IMG/VR virus record: IMGVR_UViG_3300037297_000135
Coordinates: 66,484 to 130,483 of that record
Direction: 5' to 3' (one strand)
Length of the DNA stretch: 64,000 nucleotides
Origin: a virus
The translations under genes and the position numbers were made by a program. The notes below the pieces were generated by a model that was not told where the DNA came from, ran no database searches, and saw nothing but the letters and a program-made list of their open reading frames with translations. This document shows positions 30,204 to 39,753 of the stretch, piece after piece. How positions within the stretch are numbered: the first letter of the stretch is position 1; every line of letters begins with the position of its first letter.

Positions 30204-31169
30204 TCAACCTCCGTGTAATTTTAGATTTTTGTAAAAATCAATTATTTTATGACAATCTTTTATCTTTAAAAATAAAGATGAAAAATCTTCATTGTTTTCA
30301 ATCCAAAACCCTTCACTGCCTACTATGTCTTGGTATTGAACACTTGTATTATATTTTATACAAGTATATCTTGATATTCTACATTCGATTAATTCATTCA
30401 ACAATTCTGGTAAATTTAAATCAATTTTTAAAGTCTTTTTGTCATTACATAAAATTTGATTGCAAGAATCAAAATATACATATGTAAAATTTTCAGTTTT
30501 TAATGTATGTTTTTTTTCATTGAATTGTAACCAAATAAAACTAAATAATTTCCATGCAATTATACCAAATATTTCCACCTTTATATTTATATTATTTTTC
30601 TTGTAACTTTCTATTATTCTTTTAACAAAATCTTCATCTTTTTGATTAAAATACAATACATCAATTATCATTTTATTTGATTTTATAATTTTGTATTTAT
30701 AGACCATTGAGTCAAAATTTAATGATAGACTTTCATGAAAGTCTATCATATTAAACAAATATATAAACAAATTGTACATTTTTATTGCTTTATGGTTTAT
30801 TTTGCTTTTTTCTAGTGCTTGTTTTCTATGATAACCAATTTCTTTCAATCCATTTATTTGAGCTACACAATGGTTATGTAGCAATATAAAAGGATTAATT
30901 ATTTTGTCTGAATCAATATCTTTATCAATCTCAAATTTAAATCTTCTTTTAAATCTTAAATTTCCATAGTTTACATAAATATTGATGTAAACATTAAAAC
31001 ATGGATTTTCTTTCAATTTTGAAATAATATTATTTATCCAATATTGTTTTAAAATTTCATAATTTTTAAATTCAACTGCAGCATTTAAAACAGATGAATT
31101 TAAAACTATTTTAACATCTACCTTATTTTTTTGTTTTTGCATTTGTTTTATTATATTTATATTTTTCAT
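30204..31169 (-). CDS. hypothetical protein
   Basis: 321-aa ORF with GGGG RBS. Confidence 0.55.
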   Translation of the reverse strand: MKNINIIKQMQKQKNKVDVKIVLNSSVLNAAVEFKNYEILKQYWINNIISKLKENPCFNVYINIYVNYGNLRFKRRFKFEIDKDIDSDKIINPFILLHNHCVAQINGLKEIGYHRKQALEKSKINHKAIKMYNLFIYLFNMIDFHESLSLNFDSMVYKYKIIKSNKMIIDVLYFNQKDEDFVKRIIESYKKNNINIKVEIFGIIAWKLFSFIWLQFNEKKHTLKTENFTYVYFDSCNQILCNDKKTLKIDLNLPELLNELIECRISRYTCIKYNTSVQYQDIVGSEGFWIENNEDFSSLFLKIKDCHKIIDFYKNLKLHGG

Positions 31170-31354
31170 TTATATCATCCCCTTTTTTAGTATATCATTT
31201 TAAAGCTCAAAATGATACCTACAATCGATTTAAATTTTTATAGTATATTTATATTATTTTTTAATTTAAATCAATTGTACATACAATTTTGAATGCATTT
31301 TTATGAAAACATTTTAGGGTTAAATTTAAAATCAAATTTAACCCTGTTTTTGGA

Positions 31355-31731
31355 CTATGAAATCAATTTCAGCGTGTCAAATTTCGGAAGATAAAACATT
31401 CTGTTTTTATATATATTTTCATAGTCTTTTTTGCCTGAAAAAGATTCGCAAACGGTTTTTTCTTCATTGTTTAAATCATTGTATTCTTTTTCACCAAATC
31501 CATCAAAAAGCCAATTTTTGCGTTTTCCTGCAAATATATTGAGTTTTTTGATTAGTTCTTTATCTTTCCATTCTATATGACATGTACCTTTTTTATAAAA
31601 GGTTACATACCAAAACTCACATTCAATCTTTCTAGTTTTTTGAATGTTTTCAGCAATTTGCAAAGCTTGTTCAAGATTAATTGTTTTTGAATCAATTTTG
31701 GAAAAGTTTTTAAATTTTCTTTGTTAATCAT
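31355..31731 (-). pseudogene. frameshifted fragment resembling the C-terminus of DUF4942-type phage proteins
   Basis: YVTFYKKGTCHI...KKLNIF...KNWL...G.K.Y; the RBS-preceded ATG at ~31731 is in a different frame. Confidence 0.5.
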
Positions 31732-31849
31732 ATTACATTTCCCCTTTTTATTAATATAAAGTCTTATAAAGACTTTATCAACTATACAAAAAAAACTTTG
31801 TATAGTTGTAAAATTTTCATAAGTTTTAAAAACCAGATAAATATTAAAA

Positions 31850-32323
31850 TCAAATACCTGATAAATCCAAATCAGGTAAAAATGTTACTTTTTCGTGTAA
31901 TTTTGATAAATCCAATTTTATATTTGTATCACAAAAGAATTTTGTTAAAAAATCATACAATTCATCACTCAATTCATTTTCAATTTTTATTTCACATTGT
32001 TTTCCTACATCACAATCAAATTTTAAAATTTTTATTTTTTTATCCTTTATATTTATACTTACATCTTTATTATCTGTAGATAATTTTATCCATTCGTTTT
32101 TGTTATTTTTGAAATAATTGTATATCTCAAAAAGCATATTATAAGACATAAAATTTCTACTCAATTCTTTATAAATAACCCATAAGCTATTTATAAATTT
32201 TTTCAAATCTTCAATATCTTTTTCATTATTTTTTTTGTCTAATATTACTGCAATTGATTGACAACAATATCCTTCTAATTCACTACTCTTTAAAGGTGTA
32301 TAAGTTTCTTCTTTTTTTGACAT
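31850..32323 (-). CDS. hypothetical protein, paralogue of 33684..34184
   Basis: Shared MSKKEETY.PL.SSE start and DLSG end. Confidence 0.65.
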   Translation of the reverse strand: MSKKEETYTPLKSSELEGYCCQSIAVILDKKNNEKDIEDLKKFINSLWVIYKELSRNFMSYNMLFEIYNYFKNNKNEWIKLSTDNKDVSINIKDKKIKILKFDCDVGKQCEIKIENELSDELYDFLTKFFCDTNIKLDLSKLHEKVTFLPDLDLSGI

Positions 32324-32333
32324 ATTATATCAG

Positions 32334-32412
32334 TCTCCTTTTTTTTGTTTTAAGCTATATAAGCTTTAAAAAGCATACACAGTTAAACTGTATACGCTCT
32401 AAAAGATTATAT
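32334..32412 (-). repeat. intergenic double-hairpin element, identical to 34194..34272
   Basis: 79-bp exact duplicate including the RBS and the upstream stop codon. Confidence 0.95.
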
Positions 32413-32883
32413 ATTGTTTTTATAAATTTTCGAATAATCATCAATTTCAATTTCATTTGAATCACATAACGATGTAATTTTACCTTTCACACTTAAACCT
32501 GGAAAACTATCAAAATCAACAATGCATTTCCCATCATTGTCAATGTTGTCATTGTCAACGGTTTTCATATGTTCAAGTTCATTTTTTACATCAATCCAGT
32601 ATTTACCAATATAAAATTGTTCGAAAATTTCAGAATTAAATTCATGAAAAAATACACCAATTTCCTTACTTCCTTTGTATGCTGCTAAAATTATTTCTTT
32701 ATTATCTACAAAACAACGCCAACAATATACATTTTTATTTTCCATATCTACATACCAGTCAACTTTTTTATCATTCAAATTCCATATTCCATTTAATAAT
32801 TCATAAAAATCATTAAGCAAATTGATGTATTTTCTATTTTCTTTACTTGTTTTTGCTTCTTTTAAATTTTTAAAAATACTCAT
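32407..32883 (-). CDS. hypothetical protein
   Basis: GGAGG RBS. Confidence 0.6.
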   Translation of the reverse strand: MSIFKNLKEAKTSKENRKYINLLNDFYELLNGIWNLNDKKVDWYVDMENKNVYCWRCFVDNKEIILAAYKGSKEIGVFFHEFNSEIFEQFYIGKYWIDVKNELEHMKTVDNDNIDNDGKCIVDFDSFPGLSVKGKITSLCDSNEIEIDDYSKIYKNNI

Positions 32884-32895
32884 TTCCGACCTCCA

Positions 32896-33309
32896 TTAAG
32901 CTGATTTTTGATTTATAAAACTTTTTAATAATTTTAACAAACTTGGTTTTTTAGCTGCTGAAACTGTATAACGATTTTTAGCATCAACAAAAACCCAAAA
33001 CAATTTGGGGCAATAAAAAATATTGATTGCGATTGATAAAATTGTCTGGTTTAGTTCGTCAAACCTGTAAATTAAACTTCCTGAATTTTTTAATACTACT
33101 AAATGTAGTGTTTTTAATCGAAAATCATTAGGTTTTAATGATTTTGAATTTTTATTTTTATACAGGTTTAAAAACTCAATCCCGTATGTTTCACTAATTT
33201 GTGTAATTGTTGTTTGTTTATAGAAAAGTGATGAATGAATTTTTGTTTTTGGAGTAATCAATGGTTTTCTCCAATTTGTTTGTATATTTTTTTTTGTTAA
33301 ATTTATCAT
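32896..33309 (-). CDS. hypothetical protein
   Basis: AAGGAG RBS after a hairpin element. Confidence 0.55.
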   Translation of the reverse strand: MINLTKKNIQTNWRKPLITPKTKIHSSLFYKQTTITQISETYGIEFLNLYKNKNSKSLKPNDFRLKTLHLVVLKNSGSLIYRFDELNQTILSIAINIFYCPKLFWVFVDAKNRYTVSAAKKPSLLKLLKSFINQKSA

Positions 33310-33345
33310 TTTTGTTCCAGTCTCCTTTTAATTTGTTTTAGTTTT

Positions 33346-33402
33346 TTAATACACATTTAAAGGAATAATTTAAACTACAATTATTCCTTTTCTTTATATT
33401 AA
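33346..33402 (-). repeat. intergenic bipartite hairpin element
   Basis: Inner AAAGGAATAATT/AATTATTCCTTT, outer TTAATATA/TGTATTAA. Confidence 0.75.
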
Positions 33403-33407
33403 CTACT

Positions 33408-33662
33408 TTACCTTTTATTTATGTCATTATGCTGATTGCAAAATTCATTATACATTACATTGAACTGTGTTTTATCATTTTTTCGTAAAAATGAACCTAA
33501 TGTTCTTTGTTCATGATTTTTAATTATTACATTTTCTGATTTTTTGCTAGACATATAAATATATTTGTCTATAGCTTCCTGTTCTGACAATGTATTTGAT
33601 AGATTTTCATTCAGAAAATCTTCAAAATGTTGTTTTGTGTTAGTTCTTTTTCCAATTGCCAT
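33408..33662 (-). CDS. hypothetical protein
   Basis: 84-aa ORF with AAGGA RBS. Confidence 0.55.
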   Translation of the reverse strand: MAIGKRTNTKQHFEDFLNENLSNTLSEQEAIDKYIYMSSKKSENVIIKNHEQRTLGSFLRKNDKTQFNVMYNEFCNQHNDINKR

Positions 33663-33683
33663 ATTTTTTCACATCCTTTTAAT

Positions 33684-34184
33684 TTAAAATCCAGATAAAT
33701 CAATATTTTTTTCAACTTTAAATTCTTCAGTACCTAATTTTTCTAAATCAAGATTTACATTGTAATTGAAAAATTTACATACAAACTCATACAATGTATC
33801 ACTCATTTTATCTTTTATATTTATATCTACTGTTTTTTCTAATTCTAAATTTAAGATAGATATTTTTCTATCTTTTAAATTAAAAGATACTGTCCTATTT
33901 GAAGTAGGTATTTTTATCCAATTGTTTTCATATTTTTCTTTATTGTCAAAGAAAAATTTAATTTCATGTAACATATTATACGACATTATTTCTCTATGCA
34001 ATTCAGTTCTCAAAACCCAAACAGATTTTATAAAATTTTCTAGAATTTCCATTTCTTTTTTAATTTCTGCTTTTTCTTTTTCATTATTTGGATTTTTTTC
34101 AAGTATTGTTGCAATTGTACTCAAGCAATATTCTTCAGCTTCACTTGATTGCAATGGTTCATAAGTTTCTTCTTTTTTTGACAT
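33684..34184 (-). CDS. hypothetical protein, paralogue of 31850..32323
   Basis: Start set to MSKKEETY by RBS spacing. Confidence 0.65.
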   Translation of the reverse strand: MSKKEETYEPLQSSEAEEYCLSTIATILEKNPNNEKEKAEIKKEMEILENFIKSVWVLRTELHREIMSYNMLHEIKFFFDNKEKYENNWIKIPTSNRTVSFNLKDRKISILNLELEKTVDINIKDKMSDTLYEFVCKFFNYNVNLDLEKLGTEEFKVEKNIDLSGF

Positions 34185-34193
34185 GGTTTTCAT

Positions 34194-34272
34194 TCTCCTT
34201 TTTTTTGTTTTAAGCTATATAAGCTTTAAAAAGCATACACAGTTAAACTGTATACGCTCTAAAAGATTATAT
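34194..34272 (-). repeat. intergenic double-hairpin element, identical to 32334..32412
   Basis: Exact 79-bp duplicate at offset 1860. Confidence 0.95.
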
Positions 34273-34689
34273 CATGTCAAACAAACTTTTTGCTTTTCTG
34301 GTTGATGTTTTTGCCCAATTTTTATAAGCATCTAACCATTTTCCCTCATTTTCTTTGTTTCCCAATATTTCGCAAATTTGACATAATCTTTTAAAATTAT
34401 ATCTTTGTACATCTTCAGAGAAAACTATTTCATCATAATTTTTCCCTAACTGCCATTTTACCATACCATTTTCGGTTTTTTCTTTTTCTGAAATTTCAAT
34501 CACAAATTGTTTTGAATTTGAACGATTTTTGAATTTGATTTCAATATTGACAATGTGTTTTTCATCTTCATGCAATCTTTTGTATAACAAAGGTTTTATA
34601 TCGTGATATATAAAACCCATATCGACTTTGTATCCATTGATATCAATATTTTGATATTCCTTGATTTTTTTTACTTGAATTTTTGGCAT
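34267..34689 (-). CDS. hypothetical protein
   Basis: Start moved to MPKIQ by the AAGGAG RBS. Confidence 0.6.
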   Translation of the reverse strand: MPKIQVKKIKEYQNIDINGYKVDMGFIYHDIKPLLYKRLHEDEKHIVNIEIKFKNRSNSKQFVIEISEKEKTENGMVKWQLGKNYDEIVFSEDVQRYNFKRLCQICEILGNKENEGKWLDAYKNWAKTSTRKAKSLFDMI

Positions 34690-34717
34690 TTTTTTCAGTC
34701 TCCTTTTGATTTGTTTT

Positions 34718-34776
34718 TTTAATACACACAAAAAGGAACAATTTTAACACAATCATTCCTTTTAATTTGTATTAAA
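34718..34776 (-). repeat. intergenic bipartite hairpin element
   Basis: Inner AAAAGGAATGATT/AATTGTTCCTTTT, outer TTTAATACA/TGTATTAAA. Confidence 0.75.
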
Positions 34777-34798
34777 TTCTTTTTATCTGCATTCAATC

Positions 34799-35122
34799 TT
34801 ATTTTTCATTCATATTATATGAAAAATTTATTTTCTTTTTAAAATTATTAGAATCAATTCTACAAAAATAATGTTTATATGTTTTATTATTCAGCAAAAC
34901 AAAAATATTTACATATGTATACATTTCTTTAAATGAAAATTCAATAAATATTTTTTCATTTGTAAAGCTATTTAATGTTTGAAAATATTTGTCATTTTCT
35001 TTATATGCTTTTTGAAATTGAACAAAATTTAATAAAAATATTTCATTAAGATTTAAATTTGTTGCACTTATTTGTAAATTTTCACTATTGTTGATTGTAT
35101 TGTTATTTATTATTAATTCCAT
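34799..35122 (-). CDS. hypothetical protein
   Basis: AAGGAG RBS. Confidence 0.55.
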   Translation of the reverse strand: MELIINNNTINNSENLQISATNLNLNEIFLLNFVQFQKAYKENDKYFQTLNSFTNEKIFIEFSFKEMYTYVNIFVLLNNKTYKHYFCRIDSNNFKKKINFSYNMNEK

Positions 35123-35148
35123 TTTATATCATTCTCCTTATATTTTTT

Positions 35149-35200
35149 TTAGTTCATAAGTCAAAGAGCGTATAAAATACACTCTTTCAATATTAACTAA
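35149..35200 (-). repeat. divergent intergenic hairpin element
   Basis: Minus strand AAAGAGTGTAT/ATACGCTCTTT (one G-T pair), same position as the other copies. Confidence 0.55.
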
Positions 35201-35219
35201 AAAATCAACAAAAAATCAA

Positions 35220-35774
35220 TTAACTAATTTCTCTCATTTGAGCAGCTTCTTTCTTTAGTTGATTGTATGTCATATTCTCAAAATCATATTGATTTTCATT
35301 GTAATATGTATTTAGGTAGTTTATACATGATTGCCTATTGTTTCTAATCAACTTTAGTTTTTTATCGTAAAATTTACATTCATAACCCAAATTTGACAAT
35401 GTTTGTATCAAATTATCAGGATTGAAAATTTCAAAAGCAACATTACATATTGACTTTGATTTCAAATCATGAACAATACTTGATATTATATCACTCAACC
35501 ATGTTTTACAATTTAGTTTGTTGTTTGTTAAAACATTTTCAATATTTTCATGTATGATTATATCGTTTTTGCATTTTTCTAATGTTTTAACAATTTTTTT
35601 GATATCTGTTTTTATTTCATCAAAAATATTGTAATGTATGATTGTTGACATCAAATTTAAAGCATTTAAGCTATAGTTTGTTTCCTGGTTTTCTTTATCT
35701 TTTTCTAAAATCATGGAAATGATTTTAATTAGATTTTCTTCATTTAGATTTTCAATGTTATATAGTTTTTTCAT
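35220..35774 (-). CDS. hypothetical protein
   Basis: Start moved to MKKLY by RBS. Confidence 0.55.
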   Translation of the reverse strand: MKKLYNIENLNEENLIKIISMILEKDKENQETNYSLNALNLMSTIIHYNIFDEIKTDIKKIVKTLEKCKNDIIIHENIENVLTNNKLNCKTWLSDIISSIVHDLKSKSICNVAFEIFNPDNLIQTLSNLGYECKFYDKKLKLIRNNRQSCINYLNTYYNENQYDFENMTYNQLKKEAAQMREIS

Positions 35775-35800
35775 ATTTTTGTATTCTCCTTTTTTTTTAA

Positions 35801-35853
35801 TAAAACACATTAAAACATACCAACAATCTTGTTGATATGCTCTCTTTGCTTTA
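35801..35853 (-). repeat. intergenic bipartite hairpin element
   Basis: AGAGCATATCAACA/TGTTGGTATGTTTT, outer TAAAGCA/TGTTTTA. Confidence 0.75.
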
Positions 35854-36627
35854 TTTGTCAAAATATTGATTTATATACACTACATTTAAATCTTTTTTTA
35901 CTGGACAATCTGGCTCACCTTCAAAACTTGAACAATTGTATAATTCAGGTTTCAAACTTCCCAATGTTGTATCCTTCCATATGCTAGTTGTTTCAAGGGT
36001 TTTGTATATTGGTCTTGAAAAACTATCAAGGCCACAAAAATATAAATGTCTTGTATTTGACTCCATATTTAATATATATGTTTTCCAAATATTATCATTC
36101 GCGTGAAAATGCAAAGCGACTTTTTGCTCTTCGAAAATCGGATGTTCGAATATTTTTAAATGTTCCATTGTATTGATTTTTATTGTTTGATATTTCATTG
36201 TTTTGGTATCAATTTCAAAAAGCTTTTTTGAAATTTCAATTGTTTTAACTTTCTTGTTTTGTATTTCATCGAAACCAATAAAGCGTTTATTGTCTTTATA
36301 AAAATAACACGCTGGAATAAATATTTTTCTTGATATATCAAAAACATATTTATCATATATAAAATCTTCATATAATGTATGAGTGATTTTAATTGCAGTT
36401 ATTTTCCCCTGATATTTTTTTATAATATCAGACCATAAACAATCAATATTTGAATTGTCATAGTTTTTATTTTTTGCAATTTCAATTATTTCCTCTTGTA
36501 TCTTTTTTGAAATATTTTTGAAAAATATCATAGGCCTTTCAAATTTTACGCATTTTTCAATGTCTTTTGACCTTACAAAAGTTGTTCTTTCAATTTTTTC
36601 GTGTGTTTTTACAACTGTATATTTCAT
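35851..36627 (-). CDS. hypothetical phage protein
   Basis: C-terminal GLDSFSRPIY...WKD...FEGEPD block. Confidence 0.6.
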   Translation of the reverse strand: MKYTVVKTHEKIERTTFVRSKDIEKCVKFERPMIFFKNISKKIQEEIIEIAKNKNYDNSNIDCLWSDIIKKYQGKITAIKITHTLYEDFIYDKYVFDISRKIFIPACYFYKDNKRFIGFDEIQNKKVKTIEISKKLFEIDTKTMKYQTIKINTMEHLKIFEHPIFEEQKVALHFHANDNIWKTYILNMESNTRHLYFCGLDSFSRPIYKTLETTSIWKDTTLGSLKPELYNCSSFEGEPDCPVKKDLNVVYINQYFDK

Positions 36628-36654
36628 GTTATATCATTCTCCTTTTTGTTTATT

Positions 36655-36711
36655 TAAGCTATATAAAGCTTTATGAAGCACACACAAATTTGTGTATGCT
36701 CTAAAAGGTTA
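36655..36711 (-). repeat. intergenic double-hairpin element (same subtype as the 79-bp pair)
   Basis: TAACCTTTTAGAGCATACACAAATTTGTGTGTGCT...AAGCTTTATATAGCTT. Confidence 0.85.
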
Positions 36712-36719
36712 CATAGTTT

Positions 36720-37277
36720 TTAAACTGTTAATAATTTTCTTTCATCATTCGCTTTAAAAGCAGAATGACCATATTTATTTTTTATATCCTTATAACTTCC
36801 TTTGTTGTTCCATGTTTTTATTTTTTTGCCGCCTGGTGACCTCATAAATTTTTTTCTTTTAAGATTGTAAGTAAAACCTAAATCAACTAATTTCAAATCA
36901 TTTTTTCTTTCTTTATACCATTCACGAGATGGCATAGTCAACCAAAAATAGCATCCAACAAGTTCAATTTTTATTTCTGGAAAACTTTTTGACATATTGT
37001 TTAATGCAACAATTATAAATCCATAATCTTTTATTAGTTCATCATCAAAAAATCTATATTTTTCAGTTTCTTTATGATTTGTTTTGTCATAATTTTTACC
37101 TATTTCATTTTTTAAAAACTCGAATTCGTTATTGATTGCCTTCATAATTTCAGTATGTTTTAATTTTTCTTTTTCATCTTGAACAAAATCTGGATGATAT
37201 TTTTTTACAAGTACCCTTAATTGTTGACGCACCTCATCGGCTGTATTTAAATTTTCACTAAAATATTTTAATTCCAT
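36720..37277 (-). CDS. J-domain (DnaJ-like) protein
   Basis: LVKKYHPD...MKAINNEFEFL helical J-domain with HPD motif. Confidence 0.7.
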   Translation of the reverse strand: MELKYFSENLNTADEVRQQLRVLVKKYHPDFVQDEKEKLKHTEIMKAINNEFEFLKNEIGKNYDKTNHKETEKYRFFDDELIKDYGFIIVALNNMSKSFPEIKIELVGCYFWLTMPSREWYKERKNDLKLVDLGFTYNLKRKKFMRSPGGKKIKTWNNKGSYKDIKNKYGHSAFKANDERKLLTV

Positions 37278-37302
37278 AGTTTGCATTCTCCTTTTATTTT
37301 TT

Positions 37303-37363
37303 TTTAAAACACACTAAAACAAACAATCAAAAAAAATGATTGTTTGCTCTATGCAGCTTTAAA
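37303..37363 (-). repeat. intergenic bulged hairpin element
   Basis: TTTAAAG-C-TGCAT-AGAGCAAACAATCA/TGATTGTTTGTTTT-A-GTGTG-TTTTAAA. Confidence 0.9.
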
Positions 37364-37366
37364 CAT

Positions 37367-37867
37367 TTAATTTTCACAAATTTTATCTTTTAAAAATGTA
37401 TAATATTCAGTTAAACAAATACCGAAAATATAACAATCTCGATTTATTTTTATTATTCCGTCTTTATGAATTTTGAAATGTTCTGTTAGTTCTTTTTTTG
37501 TCATCCCTGTATACTCGATTGCTTCTTTAATCGTTGAAGGCAATTGACCGCGGTTGTAGTCTATAATTGCAAATTTGTTTTGAAGTCTATCAAAATCAGC
37601 TTTTTTGATATAATATTTTGAATATGTACCAAACTCTTGGTTACAATTGTATGCTTCATATCCATTCATCATTTTTTCAAAACTTTGTTTTTCTTCATTG
37701 TTTTTATTGTATTCGGTTATATCAGTTGGTTTTACCCACATATTATCAAATCTAACCTTTAAAGGTAAAACCAAAACAGACATATCAAAATTGTATGCTT
37801 TTTTGGCTATTGGTTTAGTTACACGGATATATTCAACATTGTTATATATTTGTTCTTCTTTTTTCAT
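37367..37867 (-). CDS. hypothetical phage protein
   Basis: 166-aa ORF; YNC..E.G.Y motif. Confidence 0.6.
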   Translation of the reverse strand: MKKEEQIYNNVEYIRVTKPIAKKAYNFDMSVLVLPLKVRFDNMWVKPTDITEYNKNNEEKQSFEKMMNGYEAYNCNQEFGTYSKYYIKKADFDRLQNKFAIIDYNRGQLPSTIKEAIEYTGMTKKELTEHFKIHKDGIIKINRDCYIFGICLTEYYTFLKDKICEN

Positions 37868-37896
37868 AGTTTGTATTCCCCTTTGTTTTTGTTTTT

Positions 37897-37958
37897 TTTA
37901 AAACACATTTAAACAAACAATCAAAAAAAAATGATTGTTTGTTTTATGCAGCTTTAAA
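37897..37958 (-). repeat. intergenic bulged hairpin element
   Basis: TTTAAAGCTGCATAAAACAAACAATCA/TGATTGTTTGTTTAAATGTGTTTTAAA. Confidence 0.9.
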
Positions 37959-37961
37959 AGG

Positions 37962-38474
37962 TTAGAGCACAATTGCTGTATGCTTCAATATCATGTAACT
38001 AAATTCGTTAAACTCTTCAATTGTAACCAAAAAACTTAATTTCCAGTTTAACAAAAATCTAACGGTATCTAGTTTTTTGTTGACTTTGAAATACAGTTTA
38101 TCACCTAGTTTTATATTTTGAGCTTGCTTGACATTTGAAAAAATATATTTGAATGTTTTTATATCTTCATCACTTGTATAAATATAATGATTTGTGTTTT
38201 CTATGTCTTCAATCAATTTTTCATTTCCAGATATATCAAAAGAAAAATAACAATTGTTGCCTTCTTTTGTAAAAATACAAATTTTATATTTGTTATCTTT
38301 AATACCTAAAGATAACAAAAATATTGCATTGTTTTTGTATTTTTCTTTTATGTATTCATCAAGAGCAAAAAATAAATTTTCCTCTTTTGAGGTCAAAATA
38401 TTTTCTATAGGTAAAATTATTTCATTCACGTATTTTTTTTGATGGTCAATTAGATTTAAATTTTCAATTTTCAT
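37962..38474 (-). CDS. hypothetical protein
   Basis: AAGGAG RBS. Confidence 0.55.
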   Translation of the reverse strand: MKIENLNLIDHQKKYVNEIILPIENILTSKEENLFFALDEYIKEKYKNNAIFLLSLGIKDNKYKICIFTKEGNNCYFSFDISGNEKLIEDIENTNHYIYTSDEDIKTFKYIFSNVKQAQNIKLGDKLYFKVNKKLDTVRFLLNWKLSFLVTIEEFNEFSYMILKHTAIVL

Positions 38475-38506
38475 TGTTTGTTTTCTCCTTTTAATTTATT
38501 GTTTTT

Positions 38507-38560
38507 TTTAAAACATACTAAAACATACAATTAAAAAATTGTATGCTCTATACAGTCTTA
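38507..38560 (-). repeat. intergenic bulged hairpin element
   Basis: TAAGA-C-TGTAT-AGAGCATACAATT/AATTGTATGTTTT-A-GTATG-TTTTA. Confidence 0.9.
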
Positions 38561-39154
38561 AACTTTGATTATTTCTACTAAATAAGTATCTAGTAAACTT
38601 ACTTCTACTTTTATTTTATTTTTTGGATGTTTTTGCTCTACACTTTTTTCAAAATCAAGAAAATAATGTATATCGTCAATTGTTACTCTATAACGAATAT
38701 TGGAGTTAAAAGTAAATGATTTTAAAATTGATGAATTGTAATCATTTTTAACCAGATAAAAATTTCTAATGTCTTTGATATATTTGTTTTTCAGTTCTTT
38801 AATTTTTGCGTGTGTAGCTAAAACAAAAAACATTTCTTTTAAATCTTTTGAATTCATCCTTGATATTTCTTCATGTTTTAAAGCTGTTTTATTTATCAAT
38901 GTTTTTGTATAAAAAATTATTTCTTTTTCTGCATATTGATTGTACATGTCTTTATACAAATCTATATAGTAATTTAAGTCATGTACTTCATTTTTTAAGC
39001 AGTAATACAAAGGTATTTCTTCATCAAAATTATTTTCAATTGTAGTCAATACAATTTCAATACCTTCACTATATAGCTTTTCAGCTTCTTTTTTATCAAT
39101 ATTTCTGTATGTATGATTGTTTAGTTCTATTTCTTGTTTTATTGTTTTATTCAT
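38558..39154 (-). CDS. hypothetical protein
   Basis: Start moved to MNKTIK by RBS. Confidence 0.55.
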   Translation of the reverse strand: MNKTIKQEIELNNHTYRNIDKKEAEKLYSEGIEIVLTTIENNFDEEIPLYYCLKNEVHDLNYYIDLYKDMYNQYAEKEIIFYTKTLINKTALKHEEISRMNSKDLKEMFFVLATHAKIKELKNKYIKDIRNFYLVKNDYNSSILKSFTFNSNIRYRVTIDDIHYFLDFEKSVEQKHPKNKIKVEVSLLDTYLVEIIKV

Positions 39155-39181
39155 TGTTTGTTTTCTCCTTTTTTTTGTTTT

Positions 39182-39238
39182 TTTAAAACATACTAAAGCA
39201 TACAATTAAAAAAATTATATGCTCTATACAGCTTTAAA
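39182..39238 (-). repeat. intergenic bulged hairpin element
   Basis: TTTAAAG-C-TGTAT-AGAGCATATAATT/AATTGTATGCTTT-A-GTATG-TTTTAAA. Confidence 0.9.
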
Positions 39239-39242
39239 AGGT

Positions 39243-39665
39243 TTACTCTTTTAAGTCTTTAATGTTTTTAGTTAAAAATTCATAGTCTTTTAATGCATTT
39301 TTCCCAATTTCTTTAAAAAACTCATTCAGATTTTTAAAAAGATTGTCAACTATTTCGATTGTTTCTGAATTTTCTTTTATTCGAGTATCTTCTTCAACTC
39401 TATATTTGTAAATATTTTGACCAAATTTTTGTATATCTGCTAACAATTTGCTAAAATCGTTTCTAATTTCGTCAATCTGTTCGACTTGTTCATTATGATA
39501 TTTTCTATATAAATCAAAGTCTAACAATCGCAATTCTAATTCACTGCATGATTTTTGTGTGTCAATGCTAAATACTTCATTGAAATACATGCATTTTCCG
39601 CCTACTTTGCATTCACAGTCATAATTATATTTACATTCTTTTAAATTAGGTTTATTTTTATCCAT
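39243..39665 (-). CDS. hypothetical protein with N-terminal Cys cluster
   Basis: CKYNYDCECKVGGKC; start moved to MDKNK. Confidence 0.55.
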   Translation of the reverse strand: MDKNKPNLKECKYNYDCECKVGGKCMYFNEVFSIDTQKSCSELELRLLDFDLYRKYHNEQVEQIDEIRNDFSKLLADIQKFGQNIYKYRVEEDTRIKENSETIEIVDNLFKNLNEFFKEIGKNALKDYEFLTKNIKDLKE

Positions 39666-39692
39666 TTTTTTGCATTCTCCTTTTTTGTTTTT

Positions 39693-39753
39693 TTTAAAAC
39701 ACATTTAAGCAGATAATTACATTTTCTAATTATCTGCTTTATGTAGCTTTAAA
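39693..39753 (-). repeat. intergenic bulged hairpin element
   Basis: TTTAAAGCTACATAAAGCAGATAATTA/TAATTATCTGCTTAAATGTGTTTTAAA. Confidence 0.9.
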
